A DNA stretch of 64,000 bases from an uncultured virus (IMG/VR IMGVR_UViG_3300035181_001618) (lineage: Duplodnaviria; Heunggongvirae; Uroviricota; Caudoviricetes): the IMG/VR virus record IMGVR_UViG_3300035181_001618, positions 1 through 64,000 of that record. One strand, written 5' to 3'. The position numbers and the translations under genes are program-made. This document shows positions 52,996 through 63,670 of this stretch, piece after piece (the stretch's first letter is position 1; every line of letters begins with the position of its first letter). Under the pieces are notes generated by a model that saw only the letters and a list, made by a program, of their open reading frames with translations, had not been told where the DNA came from and did not search any database.

Positions 52996-54080
52996 GCACT
53001 TACGACTTTTCTAAGCCAACAAACTACCTGAGCCGCCGGATGTTCCTTGACGGTCGCGTGACCGTTCAGCGCTTCGAGGAGGTTCGCTACCCAAAGATCG
53101 AGAAGTTCAATGACACGGCGGAGGGGTTTTTCTGGCGCCCGCAGGAAATCACCTTAATGAAGGACAAGACCGACTTTAAGGAGGCATCTGATGCCGTTCG
53201 GCACATCTTCACGAGTAACCTCCTTCGGCAAACAGCGCTCGATTCGATCCAGGGCCGAGGCCCAACTCAGGTCTTTACACCGATCGCTTCGATCCCTGAG
53301 CTTGAGCTGTTGTTCAACAACTGGGGTTTCTTCGAGGCGAACATCCACTCGAAGGCCTACAGCTGGATCATCCGTAACATCTACGGCCAGCCCAAGGATG
53401 AGTTCAACAAGATCCATGACACGGTCGAGATCGTGCAGATGGCTGCCAGGATCGGCGAGCACTATGATGAGCTTCATCGGCTTAATTCGCTGATCGCTAC
53501 CGGCCAACATGTGCATGAAGAGCTGCATGTCGACGCCATCTGGATGGCCCTTAACGCCAGCTACGCGCTCGAGGCGATCCGTTTCATGGTTTCATTCGCA
53601 ACCAGCCTCGGCATGGTTGAGAACAAGATCTTCATCGGCAACGGCAACATCATCAGCCTGATCCTGCAGGATGAGCTGCTGCACAAGGACTGGACCGCCT
53701 ACATCATCAACCAATGCGTTAAGGATGATGACCGGTTCAAAGCCGCCAAGGAGCGCTGCAAGGACAAGGCCTACCAACTTTACCTCGACGTGATCGCTGA
53801 GGAGAAGGCTTGGGCTGACTACCTGTTCAAGAAGGGCGTGGTCATAGGCTTGAATGCACAGATCATGAAGGACTTCGTGGATTGGACAGCCATTGACGTG
53901 CTGAAGGCCATCGGCGTCAAGTACACCGCGGTGGTGCCGAAGAGCAACCCGCTGCCCTGGTTCAACAAGCACTCGAACACCTCGATGAAGCAGACCGCGC
54001 TGCAGGAGAACGAGTCCACCGCTTACGTCATCGGAGCCCTCGACGATGAGCTTGACCTCAGCACACTCCCGACTCTCTGA
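52992..54080 (+). CDS. nrdB: class Ia ribonucleotide reductase beta subunit
   Basis: FFWRPQE, QTALDSIQ, EANIHSKAY, LEAIRFMVSF, QDELLH, ALQENESTAY. Confidence 0.97.
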   Translation: MSTYDFSKPTNYLSRRMFLDGRVTVQRFEEVRYPKIEKFNDTAEGFFWRPQEITLMKDKTDFKEASDAVRHIFTSNLLRQTALDSIQGRGPTQVFTPIASIPELELLFNNWGFFEANIHSKAYSWIIRNIYGQPKDEFNKIHDTVEIVQMAARIGEHYDELHRLNSLIATGQHVHEELHVDAIWMALNASYALEAIRFMVSFATSLGMVENKIFIGNGNIISLILQDELLHKDWTAYIINQCVKDDDRFKAAKERCKDKAYQLYLDVIAEEKAWADYLFKKGVVIGLNAQIMKDFVDWTAIDVLKAIGVKYTAVVPKSNPLPWFNKHSNTSMKQTALQENESTAYVIGALDDELDLSTLPTL

Positions 54081-54145
54081 CTACGAGCTTGAACTGCAGC
54101 GCGAGTACATGTCCGGGATAGTCCCGGTCAAGAGCCAGAAGCGCT

Positions 54146-54571
54146 GTGGCCCTCAAGCTGCAGCAGCTGCTAGTCGACTCAGGGATAGATACTTCCCTTA
54201 AGCAAATCGGCGCGTCAACACGAGCTCCGCTAAGCAGCAGGGCAACCTCATGCGTGTCAGTGTTAAGCTGCACACGAGTCGGCGACTACATCATCTCGGC
54301 GGCTGTGGTTTCAGACATCGCGGTTAACGCGCTAAACCTTCGCGAAGTTGAGCGGATAGCCGTAAAGGTCACCAGCTCAGGCTTTTTCAGGGTCGATCAG
54401 CCGATTCAAAACATCCTTGCTACCGTTGACCTAGCCCATACCTATATCATAGGCCACCTCCCTAAAACCCTAACCAACCATGTACACAGTCTACACCAAA
54501 GACGGCTGCCCCCAGTGCGACCGCGCAAAAGCCATGCTAACCTCCAAGAGCGAGCCGTTTCAAGCAGTTAA
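54146..54571 (+). CDS. hypothetical protein (possibly decayed) with ALKLQQLLVDS motif
   Basis: Shares the dispersed motif; its 3' end overlaps glutaredoxin, so the true end is uncertain. Confidence 0.35.
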   Translation: MALKLQQLLVDSGIDTSLKQIGASTRAPLSSRATSCVSVLSCTRVGDYIISAAVVSDIAVNALNLREVERIAVKVTSSGFFRVDQPIQNILATVDLAHTYIIGHLPKTLTNHVHSLHQRRLPPVRPRKSHANLQERAVSSS

Positions 54572-54704
54572 GATCGGAGCTGACATCACACTCGAAGCCT
54601 TCCGTCAGCTTTACCCAGCCGTTAAAGCCGTGCCGTTCATCGTCGCTGAAGACCGGTCGGTCGGCGGCTTTAATGAACTTAGCAGGTTGCTGGCCGATAA
54701 ATAA
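54480..54704 (+). CDS. glutaredoxin
   Basis: YTKDGCPQCDRAK, VPFI, VGGF. Confidence 0.92.
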   Translation: MYTVYTKDGCPQCDRAKAMLTSKSEPFQAVKIGADITLEAFRQLYPAVKAVPFIVAEDRSVGGFNELSRLLADK

Positions 54705-54756
54705 GGGTACAACAATGCACGCATAGGCGTGCGAACCCTCACGCCTAGGAGCTCAC

Positions 54757-55050
54757 ATGTCCCTCACCGGAAAAGTTCACACCATCACGATCAACCGCAC
54801 CGGCCCGTCTGGTTCACCAGTCATCACCCTGGTTTCGTTCTCCGCAGTCGACTTCATCCATGAGTCGGGCGCCGCTACCGCAACTTCGGTCACGAAGGAC
54901 GACATCGCGATGACGATCAATGACACGTACACCGTCAAGATCGCTTACCCGAACGGCTCGGTGCCTGCAACCAGCACAACGCTGGCTAACCTGGTCACGG
55001 CCGCTTCAAGCGCTGTCACGACCAAGTACGGCGCTGGCGAACTCGCGTAA
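54757..55050 (+). CDS. hypothetical late protein
   Basis: Own TAAATA, AGGAG SD and downstream terminator. Confidence 0.7.
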   Translation: MSLTGKVHTITINRTGPSGSPVITLVSFSAVDFIHESGAATATSVTKDDIAMTINDTYTVKIAYPNGSVPATSTTLANLVTAASSAVTTKYGAGELA

Positions 55051-55095
55051 GCTGGTTCGGGTGATGCGCTACCCTTAAGTGCGAACTTAAAACCT

Positions 55096-55124
55096 AAAGG
55101 CCTGGTCAGTTGACCAGGCCTTTT
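55096..55124 (+). terminator. intrinsic terminator
   Basis: AAAGGCCTGGTC-AGTT-GACCAGGCCTTT followed by a T-rich tail. Confidence 0.85.
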
Positions 55125-55149
55125 ACTTTGCTCGATAATAAATAGCAGC

Positions 55150-56862
55150 ATGTCCCTCAATACCAACCTCGTAGAATACTGGCCGCTAACGACTAACAAT
55201 CTGGTCGGTTCATTCGGAGGCAACACCTTCTCACAAGGTGGCGGCTTGACATGGGACTCGACAAATTCATGCTGGACCGTAACTTCAGCTACGAATCCGT
55301 ACTTGCTGTGCACCACGATCACATTGGGCACGCCGTTTACTATAGCTGTACAGGCTTACGTTAACGGTGGTGCAAGCGGTGACTACACGTTCATCGGTTA
55401 CACGACAAGCGCAGGTAACTATTGGCAGCTTTATCAAACCGGTAGCACAAACACAGCAAGCGCTAAGACGCGTAACGGTGGCACCGCGGATGAAGCGCTA
55501 AGCGCCGCTCTTTCTGGAGCTGTTTATAACAACACGGCGTGTGTATACGGCGGTGCTACAAGTCGTCAGGTATACCTGGGTGGCACGCTGTCATCCGCTA
55601 ATACAACATCGGTTACACCTACGGGTAGCTCGAAGTACCTAACTATCGGCTCGATCTTTGACGGTACTACAGCGTCGGGCAATGTTAACACCGGCTGGCG
55701 TTTTAAGAATGTCGCTGTTTGGTCGCGTACGCTCACGCAAGCTGAGCTCGACGCATACTTTGCTGCGCCTGCTACAGTTCTCGGACCGACGATCAACAAC
55801 CAGCCATCAAGCGTAACTGTAACAGCAGGCGTTACGGCTACATTTACTGTTACCGCGACCGCAAATGCAGGCTCGCTGACTTATCAATGGCAGTGCAGCG
55901 TCAATAGCGGTTCGAGCTGGTCAAATGTCTCAACAGGTACTGGTGGCACGACAGCCTCTTATACAACCGCTGCAGCGACCGTTACAGGTGGCAGCGCAAA
56001 CAACGGCGACTGGTACCAGTGCGTAGTCACGGATAGCAACGGGTCGTCGACAACAACGGCTGCTACCTTGACAGTGGTTGTCGGCTTAAAGCCTGTTGTG
56101 CTTAAGAATGGTCGCTTGACCGTTATGCAAAGCGGAGACTTGATCGACCCGGCAGTCTTACCGTCTTCAAGCGGCGGTACAGGCATCAACGCTCGCGTGG
56201 CGTCAACAGCTAACCTGACCCTAACAGCTCCTGGCCCGACAATTGACGGTGTCATCATGGTGAGCGGTGACATGGTGCTGGTTAAGAATCAGACCACCGG
56301 CTCTCAAAACGGCGTCTACACTTACAACGGCTCAGCGTCAACGATGACGCGCATCTCAGGCCTGGATTCAAGCGCCGAAGCGATCACTGGCTTGCTGGTA
56401 ACCGTGGCTGAAGGCACCGCAAACGCCACAACGGTGTGGATGCTAAGCACCTACCAGCCGATCACCCTTAACACCACGTCCCTCGCCTTCACGCAGATCA
56501 GCCAGAACGGCACAGTCATAATCTCGACTGATGTGACCGTTGACTTCGGCACGATCCCAACTTATGCTAAGCAGTTCTCAATCTCCCTTGCAGGCCTACA
56601 GGTTGGTCAGCGTGTGCAGTGTGTCACCTCAGGCTACACACCAATCGGCGTCTACTTTGACGAGCATGAGTTCGGCGTGCTGCAATGGGTCGGCAAGGTC
56701 GTAACCGCTGACACGCTGCTGCTGCTAGGCACGTCTACAAGCCCGATCAAAGGCCAACGCATCTGCCAAGTGACGGCGAAGGTCGGCACATCGCAAATGT
56801 TCATCACGTCGGGTCAACCGACGGTTCCTGACTTCACGCTCCAAGCGGCTAACATCATCTAA
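55150..56862 (+). CDS. fibre protein: LamG-like + Ig-like + tail-fibre domain
   Basis: VAVWSRTLTQAE; INNQPSSVTV..LTYQWQ..YQCVVT; RVASTANL..IDGV..VLVKNQT..QNGVY. Confidence 0.8.
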   Translation: MSLNTNLVEYWPLTTNNLVGSFGGNTFSQGGGLTWDSTNSCWTVTSATNPYLLCTTITLGTPFTIAVQAYVNGGASGDYTFIGYTTSAGNYWQLYQTGSTNTASAKTRNGGTADEALSAALSGAVYNNTACVYGGATSRQVYLGGTLSSANTTSVTPTGSSKYLTIGSIFDGTTASGNVNTGWRFKNVAVWSRTLTQAELDAYFAAPATVLGPTINNQPSSVTVTAGVTATFTVTATANAGSLTYQWQCSVNSGSSWSNVSTGTGGTTASYTTAAATVTGGSANNGDWYQCVVTDSNGSSTTTAATLTVVVGLKPVVLKNGRLTVMQSGDLIDPAVLPSSSGGTGINARVASTANLTLTAPGPTIDGVIMVSGDMVLVKNQTTGSQNGVYTYNGSASTMTRISGLDSSAEAITGLLVTVAEGTANATTVWMLSTYQPITLNTTSLAFTQISQNGTVIISTDVTVDFGTIPTYAKQFSISLAGLQVGQRVQCVTSGYTPIGVYFDEHEFGVLQWVGKVVTADTLLLLGTSTSPIKGQRICQVTAKVGTSQMFITSGQPTVPDFTLQAANII

Positions 56863-56871
56863 GAGGTTCCC

Positions 56872-57255
56872 ATGTCCCAATATGCACAGTATGCGTCAAC
56901 CGTTGCGGCCGCAGCCGTTGTCATCAGCGCCGCTAACACAGCCCGTGACGGCACAGGCACGATCGTAGACGTGCTAACCGGTGGTTCAAGCGGTACTCGC
57001 ATTGATGACCTGACGGTCACGGCCCAAGGTACTACCACGGCCGGCGTAGTGCGCATCTTCGTTTCAGACGGCACGAACACGCGCTTGTGGAAGGAAATCC
57101 TGGTGCCGGCAAATACACCGTCAACGACCAACGCCACTTGGTCCTATAGCGTGTCTGACCTTGCGCTCATCATTAAGTCAGGCTGGAAGCTGCGCGCTAG
57201 CACTCACAACGCTGAGTCCTTCAACGTGCTTGTGACTCGGGCCGGTGACTTCTAA
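56872..57255 (+). CDS. small virion structural protein
   Basis: ANTARDGTG..GTRID..GVVRIF..GDF. Confidence 0.65.
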   Translation: MSQYAQYASTVAAAAVVISAANTARDGTGTIVDVLTGGSSGTRIDDLTVTAQGTTTAGVVRIFVSDGTNTRLWKEILVPANTPSTTNATWSYSVSDLALIIKSGWKLRASTHNAESFNVLVTRAGDF

Positions 57256-58490
57256 TGAACAAGGGTGTGTTTGCGGGTGCAGGCGCAAGGCCTATTGTCG
57301 GCTTTGGCAAGCTGACTTACGGCATCGACTATCAGAACAAGGACTATGCACCCGTGATGGGTCAAAAGACCTATGTTACGAATGCACCTGCGGATCTTAA
57401 GAGGATCTATCCCAAGATCACGCTTAAACAGCACTTCACCCCGTTCTTGGTTGTCGACATCATTTGGACAGGGTCGTTGTGGGCGGCTATAAGCGCTACT
57501 CAATTTTCAACAACAACCGACTTTATCACGTGGTCATCGCCTGTTACACTGCCTGCAAATACAGGCTATGTTTGGCGTATGCTAGGCTATAACGGCTCGC
57601 AGTATGTCGTAATCGGCACAGCTATAGGAAAACGGTCACCCTTCGACACGCTTGGCGCCAGCGTCTATACAGCATATTCGACAGCCGGTACAACTTGGAC
57701 TGCAGGTTCGACGCTGACTGGCTTTTGCGCTTCAACAGGCGCGCTTATAAGCGCTCTCTTGTGGGACGGCACAGCTTGGATCGCTAGCATCATGCAGCAT
57801 GATTCATACCAAACTGATTATGGTGGCATGATTAGGTCGACTAACGGGTCAACTTGGACAACGGTGTTTAGCGGTCGTGACGTTAAGCATGTAAGCGGCA
57901 CAAGCTCATTGCTTTTAGCAACTACCGTACCAGGTACTACCGAAATCTATAAGTCAACAGACCATGGCGTGACTTGGACTCGTGCCGGATATGCTTCTAG
58001 CGCTCACCCGTTCTGCTATGTTAACAGCACGTGGGTAGTCTCTACTCGAAATGGTAGGCTGATGTCATCGGCTAACGGCACGTCCTGGACAGGCACCTTT
58101 AATCTAGCCGCGGGAGATGATGACAACATATTGGCGTGTGCAAATTCGCCGGTGATGAGCCTAGGCAGCTATTGGTTAAGAGCCTTTGTCAACATTAGTG
58201 CACGATCAGGCTATGACGATGTGCCATGCCAAGGCGAAAACTTGCTTTCAGTTAGCGCTGGGCTAGATCAAGTTCCGGTAGTATATGACTTTTACGAAGT
58301 TCCGATGATTTTGAATGGAGTGTATGCTGCTAATAGCAGGGCATTCATGTATACTAAATACTCAGCGGATGATGAATTCATGACGGCTCCATTTATCGGT
58401 GAAGTTATCATCGATCCATCTACTATGCAGGTACCGTTAATTACTTGGGACCTCTTAACAGCTAACAACCTTTACGTGAAGGTCAGATGA
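57255..58490 (+). CDS. beta-propeller (Asp-box-like repeat) fibre/RBP
   Basis: YSTAGTTW, RSTNGSTW, KSTDHGVTW, SSANGTSW. Confidence 0.7.
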   Translation: MNKGVFAGAGARPIVGFGKLTYGIDYQNKDYAPVMGQKTYVTNAPADLKRIYPKITLKQHFTPFLVVDIIWTGSLWAAISATQFSTTTDFITWSSPVTLPANTGYVWRMLGYNGSQYVVIGTAIGKRSPFDTLGASVYTAYSTAGTTWTAGSTLTGFCASTGALISALLWDGTAWIASIMQHDSYQTDYGGMIRSTNGSTWTTVFSGRDVKHVSGTSSLLLATTVPGTTEIYKSTDHGVTWTRAGYASSAHPFCYVNSTWVVSTRNGRLMSSANGTSWTGTFNLAAGDDDNILACANSPVMSLGSYWLRAFVNISARSGYDDVPCQGENLLSVSAGLDQVPVVYDFYEVPMILNGVYAANSRAFMYTKYSADDEFMTAPFIGEVIIDPSTMQVPLITWDLLTANNLYVKVR

Positions 58491-59692
58491 ATAAGGGTCA
58501 GCGAATCGGCTTTCGAGGCGACAAGAATCCAGCCGATGTAACCAACAGTGAAGTAGGTAAGCTTACCTACTCAATGCTAACGCATCCTGACGAGATCGAC
58601 CTTAACCAAGGTGGGCAACCCGTTGACACGTCTAAGATGACGTTGCTGCAACAGCAGCGCTTCGGTGTAGTTAACTCTACACCCATGCTGTTTGTTCCTG
58701 GCACTGATGTCTTGACCCTTGCGCCGGGCGCAATTGTATGCATAGGTGGCCCTGCATACCTCCTAGTCACTTATGACGCCAGCGGCGCGAATTTGCTAGT
58801 TTGGAAAACCGCTGACTTTGTTAATTGGGAGACATCATCAATTGCGTGGGCTAGCACCCAGTTTGCAGGTAGCATTTTATGGACAGGTAGCGAGTACCTA
58901 ATGTTCTGCTATGATTTTGTCAACACTCGCACATTTGGCTGCTATTCAGCGGACGGGTTGTCGGGTTGGACGCAATTCACAATTTCTATCACAGAAGCTT
59001 TGCTATCATATGGCAATGGCATCCAGTCAGCAGCTACTCAAACAAAGATCTTTACTACTTTGAAGAATGACAGCGGTGTAGTGGGAATACCGTTAGTAAT
59101 CAATAAGCCATTGTCAGCATCGCCGACGATGACCAGGAACCCCATTGTAGGTCCGGTGGGCTTTAAAATAACAGGTACCGGCCCAACTTCAAAGGGGGTC
59201 ATAGTTGACAATGCATATTACACAGAGGACATGTCAACCTTCACCAAGGTGCTCGAAAATGGATGGGTCGTAGAAGCTCTGCCTTACAATAAAAGCGGTC
59301 AGCTGTTCACGGCGTACAGGACATCAATGTCTTATACCCTCCAGATGCTAGTGTCAGCTGATGGGCTTAACTGGACTAAAGTGAGGCTGAATTCAATGAA
59401 TTCAACCGTAGGCTTTTTTGGGACTAACAAGCTGTTTAAGACAACAGACTCAACCGGACGGGCGATTTACGTTATTGGTCCATACATGTCATACGACCTT
59501 AAAACATGGACTAGCTACGATAATGCAAGAGTTTTGCTAGGCATCGGCTATAATGAAACGTTCATGCTTAATGATAACCTTTATTCAATCTCAAATTCGT
59601 CTCATTCGGTTGTTATTAAGCACGACTTTTCATTGATCAAAAAAGACATCATGCCCACTGAATACTCGGGCGCTAAGCTGAGAATCAAATGA
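58487..59692 (+). CDS. beta-propeller fibre/RBP
   Basis: KTADFVNW, YSADGLSGW, VSADGLNW, SYDLKTW. Confidence 0.7.
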   Translation: MNKGQRIGFRGDKNPADVTNSEVGKLTYSMLTHPDEIDLNQGGQPVDTSKMTLLQQQRFGVVNSTPMLFVPGTDVLTLAPGAIVCIGGPAYLLVTYDASGANLLVWKTADFVNWETSSIAWASTQFAGSILWTGSEYLMFCYDFVNTRTFGCYSADGLSGWTQFTISITEALLSYGNGIQSAATQTKIFTTLKNDSGVVGIPLVINKPLSASPTMTRNPIVGPVGFKITGTGPTSKGVIVDNAYYTEDMSTFTKVLENGWVVEALPYNKSGQLFTAYRTSMSYTLQMLVSADGLNWTKVRLNSMNSTVGFFGTNKLFKTTDSTGRAIYVIGPYMSYDLKTWTSYDNARVLLGIGYNETFMLNDNLYSISNSSHSVVIKHDFSLIKKDIMPTEYSGAKLRIK

Positions 59693-62184
59693 CTCATAAG
59701 AGCCTTTACGGAGCAAATAAGAAGCGTAGCGTCAAGGGTGAAAGCAGTTATTTTGCTCTGCCTCCGCCGTCCAACAAGTTTAAGCGCACTGGCAGCTATG
59801 GCGACGGCATCTATAGCCTTACTGCATACAACGGCGGCATTCGCTTGCCAGGAGAACAGCTGCCATTTGACGCCCCTGGGATTTATAACAAAAAGGCCGA
59901 GGTTGTTACCTCCGTTGCCTTGCCGATAGCTGCGGGTGGCTATCAATGGAAGGTCGCTAACATAGACAGCTTAAAGATCTTAGCTGTGCCTTATAACCTC
60001 TATGGAAGCGATACGATCACTCAAGTTACATATTCGACGGACGGCGGTTCATCTTGGTCAATCGGTACTGTTTCTGATAAGCAGTATTCAGCTGTATGCG
60101 CTACAAGCGCCGCTTATTACATCCTCGCTACTACGGGTGAGATTTACACGTCTACAACAGGGGCTAGCTGGTCATATGTAGGTACAGTAACGGTACCTGA
60201 CTTGTCTCAGACAACGTCCGAATTCATCTTTAAGGCTGGTACCTTTTATGTATTTGCGGCTGCTTACAACACAAATGCTACAGCAGTAATTGCGTCATCA
60301 TCCGACTGCGTGTCTTGGTCATACGCATCTGATTCAACTATTAGCAAGGCATGGGCCTTTGCTGTCAATGACGCGGGAGTGCTTGCAGTAGCGGCAGTTC
60401 CCAGCTATAGCAGTTATCTCAACTATAACTACACGGCATTCTTCACAAATTCTACCGTTGGGGGTACATGGACTAGGCATAATTTGATTGGGTCAATCTA
60501 TTTCCAAGCATCTGACTTCACAGGACCGCTTAAGTCATATGGCAACTCATTTTACATGCTTGCCACAAACGGCGCTGTATACATCACTAATGATAACTTC
60601 ACAACGATCAAGAACTACGCAAATTTAGCGCAAGGCTTTGAAGCTAATGCATTGATGGCTTTGTCAAACAAATATGTGATCACAGGGTCTCTTAGCAATA
60701 GTACAGTTACAGGGATTTTGATTCGCGACTTAACGGAAAATCTTCAAGCTTCAGGCATTGAAGTTACACCGCTTAATGTCCAATATGAAGGCTTTATGTC
60801 CTTGTGCTTCAATGCTGTCACGCTCGATGACACGACGTTCGGTGTGTTCAATGCACCCTCTGTCGGCGTTGGCTTCTTTAAAAAGTTCACAATCGATAAG
60901 GCTAAGTCATATGCTGTGTTTCCATCACGCTTTGTGATGTTCCCTCAGCTTTCTGACTTTGCTGCCTCATACATCGCAATCGATGACAACGTAAACCCGG
61001 CAGACTATCCAGGGTATTCTACCATGGATTACAACCCAGGCTATGGCACTGCGCTTGAGGGCAAGTTTAAACAGTGCGACGGCTCATCGACATATAGCAA
61101 TGCATCAGCTAGCTTGAAGGCGCTATTTCCTAAAGTCAATGTAACTTTTTGCGGGGTGGTCGAGCGCTCCGCACTCGGCGCAGTTCACCTAGGCTCTTGC
61201 TATACAGGCTCGACAATCGTGTTGGTAAACGTAAACACGAATACAAACGACATCAGTATTATCACGTCGACTGATGAAGGCGCTACATGGACAGTCGCGC
61301 AAACAATTGCGGGTGCCGGCGTTGCCTATGCTGACTTGAATTTACCGTCACAAAGTTGCCTCGCATATGACGGCTCGACATATTACTTGGCCGCAACAAA
61401 CAGCATCAATCAAGGTGTCGTATACACGTTCACGTCTCCCTCCGGCGCCTTGACCGCGACATCACTCAACCCTACAAATTACCCTGGCGTGCAAAATTAC
61501 CGGGTTGTATCGGTGTCGTCGTCTAGCACTGTGGCGCTTGGTCATAACGGGAGTGTTTACCAAACTACTAACCATGGTGCTTCCTGGACGCTTATTACAA
61601 CCCTTACGGGTACGGTTAGCGCGGTCAATAACATCACGAAGATCGGCAGCGACTATTACGTGCTATGTTTGTATGGCATCTACAAGTCGTCAAACATGCT
61701 CTCGTTCACTGAGATTTCAGCGTCTACCGCTGCCGGATCAATCGCTTGCGAGTCACTTGTTTATCACATCCCTACAAACACGTGGATGACATATGACGTA
61801 AACCGATATACCGGCTACACCAGTACAGATAATATGACGACCTGGTCTGTGTCGCGGACGGGCTTGCGAGTGAACGCCCAATACACCATCGGCAACTACA
61901 TAATGGAACCTTACGGCCGGTATGCAGTTTCGCCGAACGGTCCGACATATGCGTTAAACATGCCCTTAGTGGACGTGTTTAGGCAACCTATCACAGGCGG
62001 ATACCCGCTTACCATCGGCTCTGGCAATCAGCTCATCCTTTGGAAGCAAAGTCTCTATCAGCCTATAGGCTTAACAACAACACCCTACATCCTGTCATTT
62101 GACACATCCGTAATGCAAATGCCCATGTCAGGCAACTCAACGGTTGATGAAGGCTTGGGATGCTGGATGCGCATCGTCGACTAG
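59689..62184 (+). CDS. double beta-propeller fibre/RBP
   Basis: YSTDGGSSW, TSTDEGATW, QTTNHGASW, TSTDNMTTW; internal CDGS..LKALFP collar-like motif. Confidence 0.7.
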   Translation: MTHKSLYGANKKRSVKGESSYFALPPPSNKFKRTGSYGDGIYSLTAYNGGIRLPGEQLPFDAPGIYNKKAEVVTSVALPIAAGGYQWKVANIDSLKILAVPYNLYGSDTITQVTYSTDGGSSWSIGTVSDKQYSAVCATSAAYYILATTGEIYTSTTGASWSYVGTVTVPDLSQTTSEFIFKAGTFYVFAAAYNTNATAVIASSSDCVSWSYASDSTISKAWAFAVNDAGVLAVAAVPSYSSYLNYNYTAFFTNSTVGGTWTRHNLIGSIYFQASDFTGPLKSYGNSFYMLATNGAVYITNDNFTTIKNYANLAQGFEANALMALSNKYVITGSLSNSTVTGILIRDLTENLQASGIEVTPLNVQYEGFMSLCFNAVTLDDTTFGVFNAPSVGVGFFKKFTIDKAKSYAVFPSRFVMFPQLSDFAASYIAIDDNVNPADYPGYSTMDYNPGYGTALEGKFKQCDGSSTYSNASASLKALFPKVNVTFCGVVERSALGAVHLGSCYTGSTIVLVNVNTNTNDISIITSTDEGATWTVAQTIAGAGVAYADLNLPSQSCLAYDGSTYYLAATNSINQGVVYTFTSPSGALTATSLNPTNYPGVQNYRVVSVSSSSTVALGHNGSVYQTTNHGASWTLITTLTGTVSAVNNITKIGSDYYVLCLYGIYKSSNMLSFTEISASTAAGSIACESLVYHIPTNTWMTYDVNRYTGYTSTDNMTTWSVSRTGLRVNAQYTIGNYIMEPYGRYAVSPNGPTYALNMPLVDVFRQPITGGYPLTIGSGNQLILWKQSLYQPIGLTTTPYILSFDTSVMQMPMSGNSTVDEGLGCWMRIVD

Positions 62185-62212
62185 CATAAATAGCAACTAG
62201 AGGATCTCTTAC

Positions 62213-63670
62213 ATGGCAATCATCAACTCCCCATCCACTGGCCAAGGCGCCGAAGTTAGCAGCTCTGGCGAGCTGTCAGTAGCCCTGACCAACAACTCAA
62301 AGACTCGCATCTTCAGCGAGAACGATGACGGTACGATCCTGGGCACCGCGACGCTGCGTAGCCCTGAGACCTCGAATGACTATCGGCTGCGCATCGGCGT
62401 GGACACGATGCTGTTCACCGAGACGTTCAACGCAACCGCGCAAAATACGTCCAACTGGTCATACACCTTCAACACACTGACAGCGTCTTTGCCAGGCGCA
62501 GGCACGTTGAACTTCGGCACGGTTCAAGGCACGACCTCATCGCACGGCGCATACATGAAGACGTTCCAGTACTTCCCGGTGGTTGGCACCGCGCCGTTGT
62601 CGCTGGAATTTACCCAAGGGCTCTTCACCGCAACGCTCGTAGCCAATGAGAACGTCATGTTCGGCCTGGGTAACCCAACAGCTGCCACGACGGAACCGAC
62701 AGACGGTGCTTGGATTCGGATTACTACCGTGGGCATGGTCGGTGAAGTAAGGTTTAACGGCACGACGACGACGACGTCAGTTATGCGCTCCCTCGCACAG
62801 CTCACGGTCAGTACGATGTTCAAGACAACGATCGTTGTCTCAGAGCACAGCGTATACTTCTGGTTGGATGACGTGCTAATCGGCACGTTGAATGTTCCAG
62901 CGGGCAACGGACAGCCCTTCATCGCTGGCTCGCTACCTGTATTCATGATGAAGTACAACACCGGTACGGTCTCAAACACGAACACGTGGCGTGTCTCGGA
63001 CCTAACGGTGTCGCTGATGGACCTGGACACCAACCTGCCGTATGCTCATCAGCAAGCTCTTGCAGGCCTAATGGCCTACCAAGGTCAGAACGGTACGACT
63101 GTCGGTTCAACGCAAGCCACCGGCACGATTACTACCGGCTCGTCAACGAACCCAACAACGGCTGCCGGCTCGAACACCGCCGCCGCTTCGACGGGCTTGG
63201 GAGGCGTCACGGTCATCACGGCTGCTGCGGGCGCGAACACCGACTACATCGCAACAAGCTACCAGGTGCCAGCAGCGACGATCAACATTACGGGTCGTAA
63301 CTTGATCATCACCGGCGTTCGCATCTCGTCAATCAACACGGGCGCTGCTGTTGTAACCACGCCGACTACTCTTCAGTGGGCGATCGGCTATGGCCATACC
63401 GCCGTGTCGATGCAAACCGCTGAGACTGGTTCATTCGCCACAGGTACAACGAAGACGCCCCGCCGCATCTTCCTCGGTTTCCAGTCGGTACCTATCGCTG
63501 CTGTTATCGGCGCTGTCTATGCGCCGGACCTCGTCATGGACTTTCAGTCCGCGCCGATCGTTGTCCACCCGGGTGAATTCATCAACACCCACTTCAAGCA
63601 GCTTGTGGGTACGGCTACCGCATCCCAGTCGATCACGTCTATCGTGACATTCACCGGCTACTGGGTCTAA
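62213..63670 (+). CDS. virion structural protein
   Basis: 485-aa Thr-rich beta protein; TAAATA and GAGG SD upstream. Confidence 0.7.
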   Translation: MAIINSPSTGQGAEVSSSGELSVALTNNSKTRIFSENDDGTILGTATLRSPETSNDYRLRIGVDTMLFTETFNATAQNTSNWSYTFNTLTASLPGAGTLNFGTVQGTTSSHGAYMKTFQYFPVVGTAPLSLEFTQGLFTATLVANENVMFGLGNPTAATTEPTDGAWIRITTVGMVGEVRFNGTTTTTSVMRSLAQLTVSTMFKTTIVVSEHSVYFWLDDVLIGTLNVPAGNGQPFIAGSLPVFMMKYNTGTVSNTNTWRVSDLTVSLMDLDTNLPYAHQQALAGLMAYQGQNGTTVGSTQATGTITTGSSTNPTTAAGSNTAAASTGLGGVTVITAAAGANTDYIATSYQVPAATINITGRNLIITGVRISSINTGAAVVTTPTTLQWAIGYGHTAVSMQTAETGSFATGTTKTPRRIFLGFQSVPIAAVIGAVYAPDLVMDFQSAPIVVHPGEFINTHFKQLVGTATASQSITSIVTFTGYWV

